Shown in pieces: positions 23,550-37,593 of a stretch of 64,000 nt of DNA (within the stretch, counting starts at the first letter, position 1; each line of letters starts with the position of its first letter). Under the pieces are notes generated by a model, which did not search any database, was not told the origin of the DNA, and saw nothing but the letters and a program-made list of their open reading frames with translations. The position numbers and the translations under genes were made by a program. This DNA is from Schmidtea polychroa (lineage: Eukaryota), in contig CM097885.1 in assembly GCA_044892525.1 (NCBI GenBank), positions 45,200,001 through 45,264,000 of the forward strand, in the 5' to 3' direction.

Positions 23550-26500
23550 TTAAAGTGCTTGTTTTGATTTGCATTCATTTCTAAACATAGCAGTTGCAAT
23601 ATGCATTTGGCGAATCTTATAGTGACCGTAGGCATAACTTTCATTACAATTGTACCAATATCTTTTATCGTCCAAACATTGGAGAGCTCGTTTTTCTGTA
23701 ATGAAAGTATACAACTGATGATTAACACTTCCTATTCTCTTTTGTTGGATGCTCACTGTTCCACTATCAGTATACACTTTTTTATAGGCTTCATGGGTGA
23801 TATTAGAATTTGTAAGACTTATTCCTTTGGCTTTTAGAGTGTTTTTATCACCTTGGAGTGAGTAGCACTTGGGTCGAAGAAACATCCATTCTTTATATTG
23901 ATTTACTTTATTCTCATCCTTGAATTTCCCGATTACCGAACAAATTTTATCTGAGAACAATGGATCAGTCACTGGATAATTTGAAGTATCTAGGAGCCCA
24001 TCGGCAATCATTTTTGAATACAGTTGTAAGCGTAAATCAACATTTTTACACTCTAAAAAGAAGGAATCTGTGTCACCGGCTACGATATTAATTTGACAAT
24101 TGAATTCTTCTCTATAACTCTGTAGTTCTTTATATTTAAACTGGTACATGCGAAGTTTGGATAAATCAAGTACGGTTTGTCCAATATACATTGGTCTATC
24201 TAAACACACCATTTCCATATCAAGTATAACAGCAATGGGATCATCCGCAATCTTGATGCTACGATGAAACATAGGATTACTACAATAAGTTATCAATCTT
24301 TTGCTTTTGCTGCATAATCTCAAATTTATACGTTTCTTAAGGTTTTCCACGGTTTTACCGTATAAACTATTGTTCTTTAACTTATAATAATCTCGCTGAA
24401 ATGAATCTGTACTAGCTGCTCTCATTTGAGTATTGTAATCAATATAGCCTTTGAAAATAGCTACTTGCTTGAATTCTACAGCACGATTAACTTTTGTGAC
24501 TTTTGCGCCATAACTCAACAATTCAGTCAAAACTCTACTATTAATAACATAATTGGTCTTCGATTCGTGTGTTAATAACAGCTTTTCAACTTTACTACTA
24601 GGTGGATAACAAAGCTCAGGAGCTATAGGTAAATCATCTAGCTTATCTTGTATACTATCAGGAATGACGATGTCAACCTCTAGAACATATCCACGATCTC
24701 CATCAAACTCATCCCCATTTGCACATCTTTCAACAATACCATTCATTTCAGTCTGATCATTTATCCATCTAAATTCACCAATAGGAAGTTTTTGCGACAG
24801 CGCCCATCCATATAAATTATTAACATCTAGGTATGACATTTGTGTTGATTCATCAGCTTCAACATGATGTTTGTTGATAAATGTCATTCCACCACGAATA
24901 CCAGCTTCAAATAAACGGTAAAGCTCTGGATCTTGAATAAGTTCTACCGGTTCAGGTAACTGTTTAATAGCTGATGCCCAACTTAATCCGGGTATGGAAA
25001 CAAACGATAGAGCCTCAAGTCCATCTTCGTCAAATGTTTTTTCTCTGAAAGCTTCAAAAACATCGGCCAACAGAAAAACATCCAACTTGAGATATACGAG
25101 CATGTAATCTAGCAGTGTCTCACAGTTGTATTGTCGCCAGATTTGATTTGCATGTATATAATCTTCTTGACTAACTCCCTCCCAAATCGGTGGTAATTCT
25201 GTTATTGACTGTAAAACATCCATTGACGTAGCAATATCATAAGGAAATATGCCTTTACCAGTTATTAGATGCGAATTGAAAATCTTTGAAGTAAGTGGAA
25301 GACGTGGCAAGTTTTTTGATAAATTTGCCAAGCTGCTATTTAAAAATTGTAAAGAATCAATGAATCTAATTCTTCTGCCTTTCGATGTCGCTGTAAGTGT
25401 GAGAAACTTTTCTGTTGATTGAGGAATAACAATTAAATTCCAATCGGGGAATTTTCCAATTGCATATTTTAATATATGATGAATGTCATATCCACGAAGA
25501 TTATGAAATACAACAGGTAAAGACGGATTGATTCTTCTAGCCAAATTACAATCTTGACACGCTGCTCCGAGATATTGACCAGTAAAATGATCATGATCTC
25601 GACCAGGTATATTGATAATCTTTTTACAAAGGTAGCAATGAGTTTGAGTTGTGAATTCTTCCTGCTGTTCCCAAGTGAGTTCCATCATTTCCTTTGATCC
25701 ATTAATTTTATACCACGGATAAACTATGTCTGTAGCTATATCATCCAATGCTTGTATGAACTGAATGATACAGTTTTTCCCAACAAATGTTTCATTTCGG
25801 ATCGGACAACCTTGATGAAGAAGCACAAATTCAGATGCAATCGGCTCATGTTTTTGGAAGTGTTTGTCATCTAAAGGTAATATCGATTCAAAGTCCGCGT
25901 AGACAACAAACTTCTGTTTTATAGTTTTACTCCAGTCTTTAAATTCGATATATTTATTCTCTGGCATTGAGTATAGAGTCGTACGCTCCACATTCTTCCT
26001 ACAAAGACCTATATGTCTTTCAAAAGCAGGACGTTTTTGAAACCCATGAAGACATGTATGACACCAATGTGATTGGATTCTGACTCCTTCTACTCTATCT
26101 CTGTAATTGAGCAGTCGATCGAGATTAGTTACAGCCAAAAAATGATAATTTAATTCTAAAATTTAGTTAATATTTTTAATGATTAAAAGAAATATTACCT
26201 TCTTCAATCAATAGGAGATATATCTGAGATCCCGTCGAAGTACTTCTATATACCAAGTCAACGAACGGATTCTTGAAAACATCATTAGTTTTTTGTTTAA
26301 TTGGATCCTTATTATATTTGAGAACATTGATCGATAGATTAGGATTCATTGCCTCAAATTGGCAAATGTTAACCAACTTCATTGGGAACTAATCTGATTT
26401 ATTTATATATATTTTTAGAATGATATAAATATATATTACCACTTAAATTATATTTCATTATTCTTTCTCTGTGATGTTTTATGTCATCATAATGTAATAC

Positions 26501-27090
26501 GGCCAGTATGCTATATAAAAAGCAGAATTGATCATTATTTTGAACATTAACTAAAGCCTGACAGTTTTTCAGGTAATTTGGCGTTTTAATGTAACTTGAA
26601 TCTAAGTAAATATCTTGATTTATATATATAATAATGTAAATAAACTTACCAGATACGTGTATTATGTCTGATAATTTAGTTAAAATCATAGTAACTTCTA
26701 ATATTTTATGAATTCTCCACCCACTACTTTGTTGAGTGTATTTCTCCAACTTTTTTTTTAATTTTTCAATTCCATCATTAATAAATGAAGATGACATTGT
26801 AATTGCTTTATTCGACAAACACCATTTTTTAATATCACCATCCTCTTTGATAAACTCTGCACAAAGTCCAAATTGGATTTTTACTGTCCCCATTCATTGA
26901 ATATGATCTTCTATTTCTTTGATGAGACAATCTGGAACAACAATTTCAGGAGAATTAATTGCAGATACATCGCTTGTCAATTCAACACGAGAACCATTTT
27001 AGTCAGTCTCCCGACGTGGACACAATTGTATGTTAGAGTCTCCATTTCCGTAAAATATTGACTTTCGTTTTGTGGTGCCAGAGTTTTGTC
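23550..27090 (-). CDS. polB: Protein-primed family B DNA polymerase, spliced. Main exon 23550-26155; introns 26156-26198, 26394-26439, 26602-26649; 5' exons carry stops
   Basis: vOTU-like NNDQFCFLYSIL, C2H2-like CHTC...H..LC, exonuclease YADFES and HNLRGYD, EndoVII-like DHDHFTGQYLGAACQDCN, and polymerase motifs YLDVNNLYG, KLKNNSLYGK and AGDTDS. Confidence 0.93.
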
Positions 27091-27585
27091 TAACTATATT
27101 TATAATTAATATTAAACAACTTAAATAACATAACTTGTAACATATTCTTTAATCTGCTTAGGATCGTATGATGTATTCATTTTCGATTGTACTATAAAAA
27201 ATTAATAATTGTTAATAGTAGAAAGAGTATTACTTTTAGTGATCATCCTGCTCTTCGTTTCTTCGAATCTTCTAAGATGGTGTCAGTGTTGTCGTACAAA
27301 CATTAACCACCTACCTGGTGATATAATGAGACATTCCGGACATATGTAACTCGATAAGGTAGAGTCATTTATCTTGAAATATGATGATGTAACTGATTTA
27401 CAGTTCTCCACATCTTCATGACTTCCGGCAATACAAAATTTATATAAACTGCATCCGTTCACTAAAAGAAAATAATCATTAATATTAGATAGAGAATAAA
27501 AAATTATTCACATATATAAGTTAAATTAAAAGTTTAAATGACAAACATTTGAAAAGTTACTGCTTATATATTACACATGATTAAA

Positions 27586-27668
27586 TTCTGACCAATCAAA
27601 ATCAAGGAAGGAGTAGGAAAAATAAATATATTCTGACCAATCAAAATCAAGGAAAGGGTAGGAAAAAA
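27586..27668. repeat. 45-bp tandem duplication containing CCAAT, upstream of polB
   Basis: ttctgaccaatcaaaatcaaggaa at 27586 and 27631. Confidence 0.8.
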
Positions 27669-28247
27669 AATGTATTACGTTGCAGTATTTTAAAACTTCA
27701 ATATATTTTAAAACACATTTTGATGCTAAAGTTGACTTATTTAACATTGTCATAATAATTTAATAAAAACTAATGTGATGAACCCACAAAGTAATATCAT
27801 TTTTCATCAAATTGCAAAACAGTAATAACGTTTTCATAAAATTGTAACAAAGTAATAACATATTTCAGATAAATTTTCAACAGTTGTAAAATATTTAAGC
27901 AAATTATAACAAGATTAGAAAATATTACAACATAGTAGTAACATATTTCAGAAAATTTCAACAAAGTTGTAAAATATTTATCAAATTGTAACTAAAATAA
28001 TAAAAATATTGCAACAAAGTAATAAAATAATGATGTTAATTGGGACAAATCAATACATTATTTCGAAGACGGACAGCAAATTAAAAAGAATATTGTAATA
28101 AATTGTGAAGTCTTTCAGTAAATTACAACAAAGTAATAACATATTTCAGAAATATTTCACCAGATGTAAAATATTTAAGCAAATTGTTATAAGATTATAA
28201 AAATATTGCAACAAAGTAATAATATAATACAACATTTTAAACTCTAG

Positions 28248-28492
28248 ATCAATCCATTTTATAGAAAATTAAATTTTATCTCTATAATATATGAATAAAT
28301 ATCCAAGGAAATTACGTTAACGTATAATAAATACAAATTTATCGTAAAAACATGTGTGTATTACACACAAAAAAAGATACATAATTTCTAATCAATCCAT
28401 TTTATAGAAAATTAAATTTTATCTATATAATATATGAATAAATATCCAAGGAAATTACGTTAACGTATAATAAATACAAATTTATCATAAAA
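28248..28492. repeat. ~100-bp direct repeat, period 143
   Basis: atcaatccattttatagaaaatt...tacaaatttatc at 28248 and 28391. Confidence 0.9.
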
Positions 28493-28686
28493 CAAAGGAT
28501 AAATAAGGTCAAACTTTCAAAGCAGGGTATCATTCGAAAGGTCTTGAAGAGATCTATGCAAAGGTTTCACCCGGGTTCACACATTACCCTACTCTACTGT
28601 TTTTTCTCTATCTTTTTCACCCCTTTGTCTCTTTTCTCTTCGTCCGATTGGGATTTAAGTGTAACCATGTATAGGCAGAATTTAAT

Positions 28687-28810
28687 GACTTCACAATTTA
28701 TTACAATATTCTTTTTAATTTGTTGTCCGTCTTCGAAATAATGTATTGATTTGTCCCAATTAATATCATTATTTTATTACTTTGTTGCAATATTTTTATT
28801 ATTTTAGTTA
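28687..28810. repeat. Inverted copy of 27989-28112
   Basis: Near-identical reverse complement over 124 bp. Confidence 0.9.
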
Positions 28811-28847
28811 TATTAGTTATATTACTAGTTATATTAGAGTATTTTTA

Positions 28848-29260
28848 GTCAATATCTCGGAGCAGCGTGTCAAGATTGTAATTTGGCTAGAAAAATCAAT
28901 CCGTCTTTACCTGTTGTATATCATAATCTTCGTGGATATGACATTCATCATATATTAAAATATGCAATTGGAAAATTCCCCGATTGGAATTTAATTGTTA
29001 TTCCTCAATCAACAGAAAAGTTTCTCACACTTACAGCGACATCGAAAGGCAGAAGAATTAGATTCATTGATTCTTTACAATTTTTAAATAGCAGCTTGGC
29101 AAATTTATCAAAAAACTTGCCACGTCTTCCACTTACTTCAAAGATTTTCAATTCGCATCTAATAACTGGTAAAGGCATATTTCCTTATGATATTGCTACG
29201 TCAATGGATGTTTTACAGTCAATAACAGAATTACCACCGATTTGGGAGGGAGTTAGTCAA
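28848..29260 (+). pseudogene. Inverted near-identical copy of polB segment ~25167-25579
   Basis: The translation matches the polB exonuclease region with only about two differences (RR to RK, VF to VY). Confidence 0.95.
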
Positions 29261-29298
29261 ATCATATTTAGTTTACTTACAACTTAATTACGAGAATG

Positions 29299-29994
29299 CA
29301 GAGCCGTAGTTAGGAGGTGGCGAATGAGGCGACCGCCTCGGGCGCCGAGTCGAAGGACGCCAAAACTGTTAAATGATCATTTCATTTTTTTTTGCTTTTC
29401 TTTCTTTTTTTCATATTAAATTTTTATATTCTGCTTTCCATGTTTACTGTTTTCAAAAGTTAAACTAAAACAGAACTGTTTTGCTGGTCTATCTAAAGGT
29501 TTTTGCAAACGGGCGACTAAATCCGAAGGTGGCTAATCATGAAATCAGTTAGCCTGGAAAGATCTTGAAAATCGTTTGACAGAAGGAAGGACAATTGATG
29601 ACAATCTTTAATTTAATTTATCTTTAATTTCTTTTATTTAGAATTCAATGTTAAATTTTAAAGTTAATCACTTGATCTTCTCAAATATATTATAATAGTA
29701 ACCTTAATAGGAACTTAATGATCAAAACTCTGAATTTAGGTTTAATAAATACGGAGTAAATAAATTTTCAATATTAATGTATATACACATGTATAATAAA
29801 TATTTATAATTAATTGGTTTTCGTTATAATATAAGTTTGGTTAAGCATTGTATAGCTTTGCATCTTAATTTGACTCTTCAAGACCAATTTAATTTCTGTA
29901 AGTACATAATTAATGGGAGTGGTGGATTCTTTAGGCACCAGGGCGCCAAATTTCAATCTCGCCCCGGGCGCCATTTTCCTTAGCTACGGGTCTG
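29299..29994. mobile_element. hAT-type MITE (696 bp)
   Basis: TIRs CAGAGCCGTAGTTAGG / CCTTAGCTACGGGTCTG, 8-bp TSD CGAGAATG/CGAGAAAG, and GGGCGCC subterminal repeats. Confidence 0.88.
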
Positions 29995-31499
29995 CGAGAA
30001 AGTGAATGACATTTTATCAGCTTATAGCAATTTGAATTTGAAAATTATGTAATTGATTAATTTACTACACACATTGAGTTGTTATATTTCAAAAAACACA
30101 AGTCAACACTAGCCAACAATTGTTATTAGTACTATTATTTATCCAGTAATATATTTTATTTGAAAAACAATTATTTTGTTTTTTGATTTTGTTGGGTTTG
30201 AATAGAATCAATAATACTAGTTGGTGGTTCTGGTTCCTCGTGTTCTTTAAAACACGACATAAAACTCCCAATGTATATTTGTATTTATAATTATATATCA
30301 CAAATTACACCCGAATTTTTACAGCAATAAACATTAAACGCTATGACTACTCGACGAGTCTTGCAGTGACAGCTGTATTCCTTGAAATATATCACAACAA
30401 TCACCTTCAATAATCTGATAATGATTTGACCATACCTGATCTATTGACATCTTTTAATTTCTTTGTTAATCTTGCTTACAAAATTTTGATAGCTTTCCTT
30501 AATTCCTATTATTGATTTCTTCATCACTACCTAAGGCAAAATACCGGGGTTTCTAATTTCGATTTGCCTTATATAGTGGTATAATGCATTTGATTAATGA
30601 TTTTCGATCCAAATCGTCTTTTTTTGACAATTCTCTCCCTGTTCTTTCATGTTCTCTTTGTGTAACAGCGTATTCTGATAAATTCATTATCACCATGATC
30701 TTTCTTTTTGTCTAATATATACCTGGTTCGTTTTCAAATTTTATGGTTTGTTGATTTTCTGTAATTTCTTCATTCGGTTTTGATTTATACCATTTTTACT
30801 TTTCCCCTCAACAAATTCCACCTCAACAATTTCATTCATATATTCTAGCATTGGCTTTATAAATAATATTTGCAAAAAGGTTGTGCCGAAAATTTGTGTT
30901 ACACAAAAAACGCTGATCTATAATCAAAAACTAAATGAAGATAGATGACATTATAAATTAAAAGAGATCGAAGTTGTAAAAAAAATTTAATGTAATTATT
31001 AAAACAAAAAATTTTGAAAATATATTAATTATAGTTTAATTCTTACTTTTAGATATGTCAATCCACAAAAATGAGATTCATTAAAAAATGCGAATCAATT
31101 TTCATAGCGAATTTATTCGGCGAATTTTGCTTTTTTGTCTCATTTCAATTTAATCAACTCAACAGTCATTATTTGTTAATTTAACTTTTCTATCGTAAAT
31201 CGGTTTAAATTGAAATATTAATATTTTTTTTTGCATTTTCGTTTTTGCATAAAGATTACAATTATATTTCTACTCTTGCTTAAACAACTTAATATATTTT
31301 AAATTAACCAGGAAATAATCGCAAGCAATTAATTAAAAACTCTTTTTAATGGAAATCACCGGATTAAATAAAAAGGAAATGTCATGTAATATTAAAAATT
31401 ATATTATAAATATATAAATTCAATATTAAAAATTATTAAAATTATATGATAAGGACAGATACACTTTCTACATTTTAAGAATTTATTTATTCTTACAAT

Positions 31500-31745
31500 T
31501 ATTAACTTCGCTGATATATGTATGTATGTGCCACACAAATTTTGTGAGGTCAGATTAACTTACTTTTCCCGTGACCGGATTGAGCTGAAATTTGACAAGT
31601 AAATTCGTTGTTGAGATCACTGCATGCTATCAAATTTTCAGATCAATCCGATCACGGAAAGTTGGTTAATTTAAAAAATATTGATATGTCAAATCTAGTG
31701 TTATTTCCTTATTTCAATATAAATTCTTATCTATTCATTAACTTC
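31500..31745 (+). mobile_element. Non-autonomous Helitron/DINE-1-like repeat
   Basis: (TATG)n is followed by a long imperfect hairpin, ccgtgaccggattgagctgaaatttga...tcaaattttcagatcaatccgatcacgg. A second partial copy lies at 22600-22730. Confidence 0.5.
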
Positions 31746-34125
31746 GGATTAAAGATATAGCGTAATTATATCAATAATATGTTGAAATAACCTCTATTGT
31801 AGTGAGTTTTGGTATAACGTACATACTACCTATACGGAGTGAGTTATTTTAATATAAAAATTTAAAATAAAAAGTATTACGTTTGACGACTTCCGACACA
31901 ATAATCGGGTAAAAAAAAATTAAAACTTACCACTTTAGTTTAGTTTCTAAAATATTACGGGGGAAAGCCGATAGATGCCGTTGGTTTATCCATTTCTGGC
32001 GTTTACTTACGATTAAGGTCTGTATGACCACAGACGTACGGGTACGGCCATACTTTGATTTGTAATGACATTTAACGCCGTACGGATACGGCCATACTAA
32101 CTTAGAGGTTAAGAGTGTTTCTAAAACCATGTTTTTTTATGGTTGATTTTTTAACAATTTTTTTGAAGGTTATAATTTATTTTCTACATTTTATAAGGGA
32201 AACAATTAATAAATTTAAATCAATTAAAAATATACAGACGAATCTAAGACTTTATAAGACCATATGATTCCTTTTCTCTTTTTACATTTTTTCATTTTCA
32301 GCCTGTGGAGGATGTATTAGCTTCGTTGATAAGTTAAAAACTTTGACTTTGTCGAAAAAATCAAGGTTATATAAATCCGAAACCTGTGTATTGCCGATGT
32401 CTGCATATATTCGAATTGATTCAGGCATTACTTTGGCGCTTTTAAAGACTTCTACCTGCTCATCGCAACATTGTCGAACAAACTTCTTCAGGATGAATTT
32501 TCTAAGTTCTTATCCCATCGATATATAAAAATAAAAATACAATTTTCTTTCATACGCTTAGATTCATAAAGCTTCATATCACTGTGTTTAATACTAAGGG
32601 GTTTCAAAATTCTATTGGAATAGTTTACCAACGATAATAAGATGCCATTTCTGTCATTAAAGGATGTTGGTGGCGTAATATGATTATTTTCAAGATTTAT
32701 TTAAGAATCCATAAAGGTAAATAACAATATTTTTTTATTGATTCAAATTTATTAATTGCTTCCCTTAAAAAGGTGCAGAAAATAAATAAATTTTACAAAA
32801 GTGTAGAAAATAAATAATTTTAGGAAAAATGTTTAAAAAATAAATAAATTCTTAAAATGTGTAGAGTGTAACCGCCCTATCTGATAATTCTTTCGACAAA
32901 TCACCATATTAATTAAATCGTTAAAAATAAATTTAAAGTGACTACATAACTTTTTGGGAGTAAAGCACTTTTTATGGTCTATATACTGATTAAGTAATGC
33001 TTAAAGACTGGCACAAGCCACTTTAGTTAAATGTAGAATCGCCAACACTTATCCGCGAACGGAAATAAAAACAAGTGCATATGTTATGTTCAGTTTGTTG
33101 AAATTTATACAATCATTTGAAGGTGAAAATTTTCATTTCTTGGAAAGCTAAACCAATACACGGAACATAAATATTTTTTATTGTTTAAAAGATAATAAAT
33201 AAATATCAAAAATATAACTTTGTTTTACTAGAGCTGCAAATATCACAAAATTATGAATTTTTCTGGATTTCTATATATATTTGGAACCAAAGTTAAGCTA
33301 GCTTTCATCAAGTTCAAAAGGTTTCCATCATTTGTTTTGAATAGGCAAATGTGAGTGTCAGAGAAGAACTGAGCTACACTCAGAATCTTGACAAATACTC
33401 ATACAATTCCTATAATATTATTTTGAACGGTTTTAACTATTAATATTTTGTGACCATAGCTTGCATTTCAATTGAAAATGTATCAGTGATTTAGAATCAT
33501 AATCCGCTAATTTCCATCACATTATAAATACATTTCTCCCAGCTTAATGTTAAACACATAAAATAAAGTAACCATTATATTTTTATTCAACTACAAAACT
33601 GTTGAATAACTTATATTATACTAATAAGGTACTACACCAATACGGCGCCTTCATTGTATCTCAATGAGCAACCTATTTTCCGCAAGACTTAAAGTCGTAT
33701 CTTTGAGGACCCAAGTACACGATGATCATTTCATGATAGTAGTATTCAAGCTAATTGGTTACTCAGGAGGTTTATAATAAACAAATTCTAACTTAGGTGG
33801 TCAACGTTAACCCTTCAGTATAAAAATCCTGTGAATTATTTTGGTTGCAGACCTGTGTAATGAATGTGCATCACTGATATATCTGCAAGGATCGACTTTG
33901 ATATTTTTTTTTAAATATCCAACCCACTAAAATGAGAACTTGAATGAAATTGTTAAGCTTATTTAACTGATTTATTTGAAAGATTTGGTTGACGACGATA
34001 TGCAGATTTTCAGTCTGAATATGAAAACACGAATGTTCATTCATAAATAGATTGAAATTGAGTACTAAAATTTAATTGATTTATATAGTTTTCCGTTTTT
34101 TCTCAAAAGGTGTTTGATTCTTTTG

Positions 34126-34131
<6 letters not shown>

Positions 34132-34218
<87 letters not shown>
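34132..34218. repeat. (TA)n microsatellite
   Basis: Direct observation. Confidence 0.98.
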
Positions 34219-34221
<3 letters not shown>

Positions 34222-35199
34222 AAATGGTAGTTGGAAAACAAAGTGTGAAAACCCCGAATAATTATTTATTAATTTTTTTTCACATCGTTATCTAGCCTAA
34301 AGCCATCAATTATAGGAATAGTTCAAACATATAAATTTTAATATAAACATTAAAATTGGCTTTTTGTTTCAGGTAGGTAAAAATAAACTTGTGAGTTGAA
34401 AAGTGGCAAAGAACTCTAATTAGAATATCAATCAAAATATGATTAGAAACATTTTGTGGAACTTTGTAAAAAAGAGAGAATATTGTTAGAAACTCTGCTT
34501 ATTGTGCTTATAGTTTTGAGTGCTGATTCTTATTTATTGAACAGAAGGAATAAAACTTAAAATTAACCAACGTTTGTTTAACAATTATTATCTAACAGAT
34601 CTACAGTATAAAATGAAAATAAATGAAGAACAAGGCAATTTCCAAGATTAACTATTAAAAAAATTAACTATTAAAACAAATTAATTGTTTAAAATGAATT
34701 TTATTAAATAAAATACTATTTTGTTCAAAATAAATGATAATGAGCAATTAAAGCCTTATCAATATATGTATTTAATTAAGAAATTACCGAGCATATATCT
34801 ACATCTTTTTTTCAGTCTAATTTACTTTAATCTTGAAGTCTTTCAAACAGTTGTTTTTCATCTGAGAAACGAGTTGAAGTGCATCAATCAGTTTAATCTT
34901 TGCATTATGAAGATTGATACTTATTTTTTGTGAATTTTTGTGAATTTCATTAATTTACTTGTCATGTGAACATTGTCATTCATAGCATTTATTTTCTTAA
35001 AGATTTGAAGTTTTTTTTTCTTTAAATTAAATACGAAAATTATGAATAAATAGCTGTGATATTGAATAGGATTTAGTTTAATGAGTTAAATGAATAAAAT
35101 TATGAATAATTTGATAACTGTTATTTTACTTCTAATTTAATAAATTTTTAATAAATTAATGCAATTTATTCAACACAATTTTTGACAAACTTAATATAT

Positions 35200-36567
35200 T
35201 TAATTAAATATAATTAAAGAAATAAAGAGTAAGTTAGAAAATAAAGATTGTAAATTCATAATGGAAAACAACACGGTAATAACTAAGCAAGGTCAAATAT
35301 GGATACCATCAAATAAAAGACAGGTGATGATAAAAGAAGTTGATGTATTGCTGTGCCCTGCAGGTACACAGAAAGTAACGAAATATATCCAGAATAATTT
35401 CGACATGGAAAATCTAGTATTGGAAGAAAAAAAGGGTAATTGAGAACTGCGAAAGATGTCAGAAAATGATAACGATAACAACCAAGACAAAGGAGGAAAC
35501 TCAAACAATAAAGAGTTCTGAACCATTCGATAAGATTTATATGGACATATGTGGGCCGTTGAAAGAAACGTTCAATAAAAAGAAATATATTTGCGGAATC
35601 ATTGACCATAATAATAAATACATCTAATTAACGGCCATAGACAAACAAGACGAAAAAATAATTAGTGAAACTTTATTAAATAGATGGATATTAAAATTTG
35701 GAGCTCCAAAAGAACTTCATGTAGATTGTGGGAAGAACTTTGAAGCAAGAAGTATTAAAGAACTAGCAAAGGTATTGAATTAATCTTCTCAAGCTCATAG
35801 CACCACAACACGAATGATATTATTGAAAACAGTTCAGAACAATCAGAGAGTATATTAACGCGTCATTGAATGAAGGAGGAAGAAAAAACTGGGCTGATTT
35901 AGTACCAGAAATAGAATATACTTTAAATGCAACAGTTTAAAAAACAACGGGAGTAAGTCCAGCAGAGATTATATTTGGAAGGAAAATCGACAGAATGAAA
36001 TGGTACATAAATAAAGGAATAAATAGAGAGGATATGGAAAAGAGAATAGCGGACAAAACACTAATGCCAAACGGAAGCAAAACAGTGAGAAACTTCGAAA
36101 TGTGAGATATGGTGTTGATCAAACAAGAAATTAGAAATAAAGACGAAGCAAGAGAGCCGTACAAAGTGATAAAGAAAATACATGAACGGAGCTAATTACT
36201 TAAAGATCAAAATGGTAGACGGTAGTTAGAAATGCTGAGAAGATCAAACATTTAAAAAAATGGGAATGTGAGGAGTTAAAATTAAAATTATTTCATGATT
36301 AAATTTCGTAAAATTAAAAGTGAAACTTAAATTATTTGAAATATGTTAGAATTAAAATGATTTAAATTTGAAATAAAATAATTTTTAATAAAATTGAAAT
36401 TCAAGTATGAATGTGGTATGTTAATATTTGAAATTAAAATTTATAAAAAGAAAATGTTCCAAGAATATTTGTTTATATAAGCAGATTTAATAAAATATAA
36501 TTTTGGATTTATTTAGTTTTAGTAATTTATTTGATGACAGAAGAATTGAATGTTATAGCATCTAACA
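35200..36567 (+). mobile_element. Degenerate Ty3/gypsy integrase with PPT and a probable 3' LTR (36267-36567)
   Basis: C.PAGTQKV, CERC, MDICGPL, IIDH, FGAPKELHVDCG and TTGVSPAEIIFGR, with many stops. A purine tract precedes TGTGAGG...TAACA. Confidence 0.8.
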
Positions 36568-37235
36568 ATACAAATGAAAATATTTTCGACTATACGGTAG
36601 TCCTTATCAATCATAATGCTGCTACCAAGAAATCAACACTTTATAATTTTGTTTCAATATTTGTATATTAATAAATATTAGATATTCAAAATAGATAATT
36701 TTAATTTCATATTATTAATTTTGTGATATTTTATAAATTTTTAAAAAATGAAAAAACTAATATTTGTACATGAAATATTTCATAATTTAATCTAAAAATT
36801 AAATTCTCAATCATTGGAATTGTGTTGGGATAAATTATTCCTGAACATTCAGTTGGAATTGAAAAGTCATTGAAGATCAATTGAGCAAAAATCCTCAAAA
36901 ACATTCCATGATTCGCCATAGATTTACACCATATGTTCCTCAATTACTCTAAAAAAATCTTCAAAACGCATTAAGCGGCCTCCACAGACAATTACAAATT
37001 GCTAATTACTTAAGTCAATCTGTTATGACGCTCTAGACAGTGCTAACTGGTTAATTATCGATTTTACAAATTGAGAAATCAATGAACACATTTGTTTAAT
37101 TTGATTAACGATTTATTTAATTTTTTTTGCTTTATTTTCATTCTTTTTATTGATAAAATAATTTGTAGATTTAATTTTTCCGTGTTTTGTTGATATAACG
37201 CCTTCTGAAAGAGAAATATAATGTCAAATATATAC

Positions 37236-37237
<2 letters not shown>

Positions 37238-37286
<49 letters not shown>
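37238..37286. repeat. (TA)n microsatellite
   Basis: Direct observation. Confidence 0.97.
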
Positions 37287-37292
<6 letters not shown>

Positions 37293-37593
37293 GGATATTT
37301 AAATGTTTGTCAATGGAACTAAATTCCGATCTTACTCATTGTGTTCAACAATCGAAGGGATATTCAAATCTCAAAAAATTCTTTATTTCCAGATTATCCA
37401 AATTCTATACAAAGTCACAATAATTGGGTAAATGCAAAATGTGTATCATCATAATAAATCAAGACACAATTTCGTTTATCAATCTTTTTCTGTATCACTC
37501 TTGTTCATCCTTTTTGGTTTAATTCTGTAAAGTTTAATTCTTTTTCTCTTCGGCAAACTGGCGCCTTTTGTTTGTTGTTCTCTCCTTATTTAG

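Larger units (their letters stand above)
22915..28500 (-). mobile_element. Polinton/Maverick remnant A (polB and flanks; boundaries approximate)
   Basis: Contains the pPolB gene. The downstream flank is homologous to 51600-52273, and CAAGGTCA-type motifs occur near 22945. Confidence 0.75.

Noticed and set aside
32250..32580. Possible host exon(s)
   Set aside because: There is an open stretch on the minus strand, but no recognisable homology or consistent gene model.
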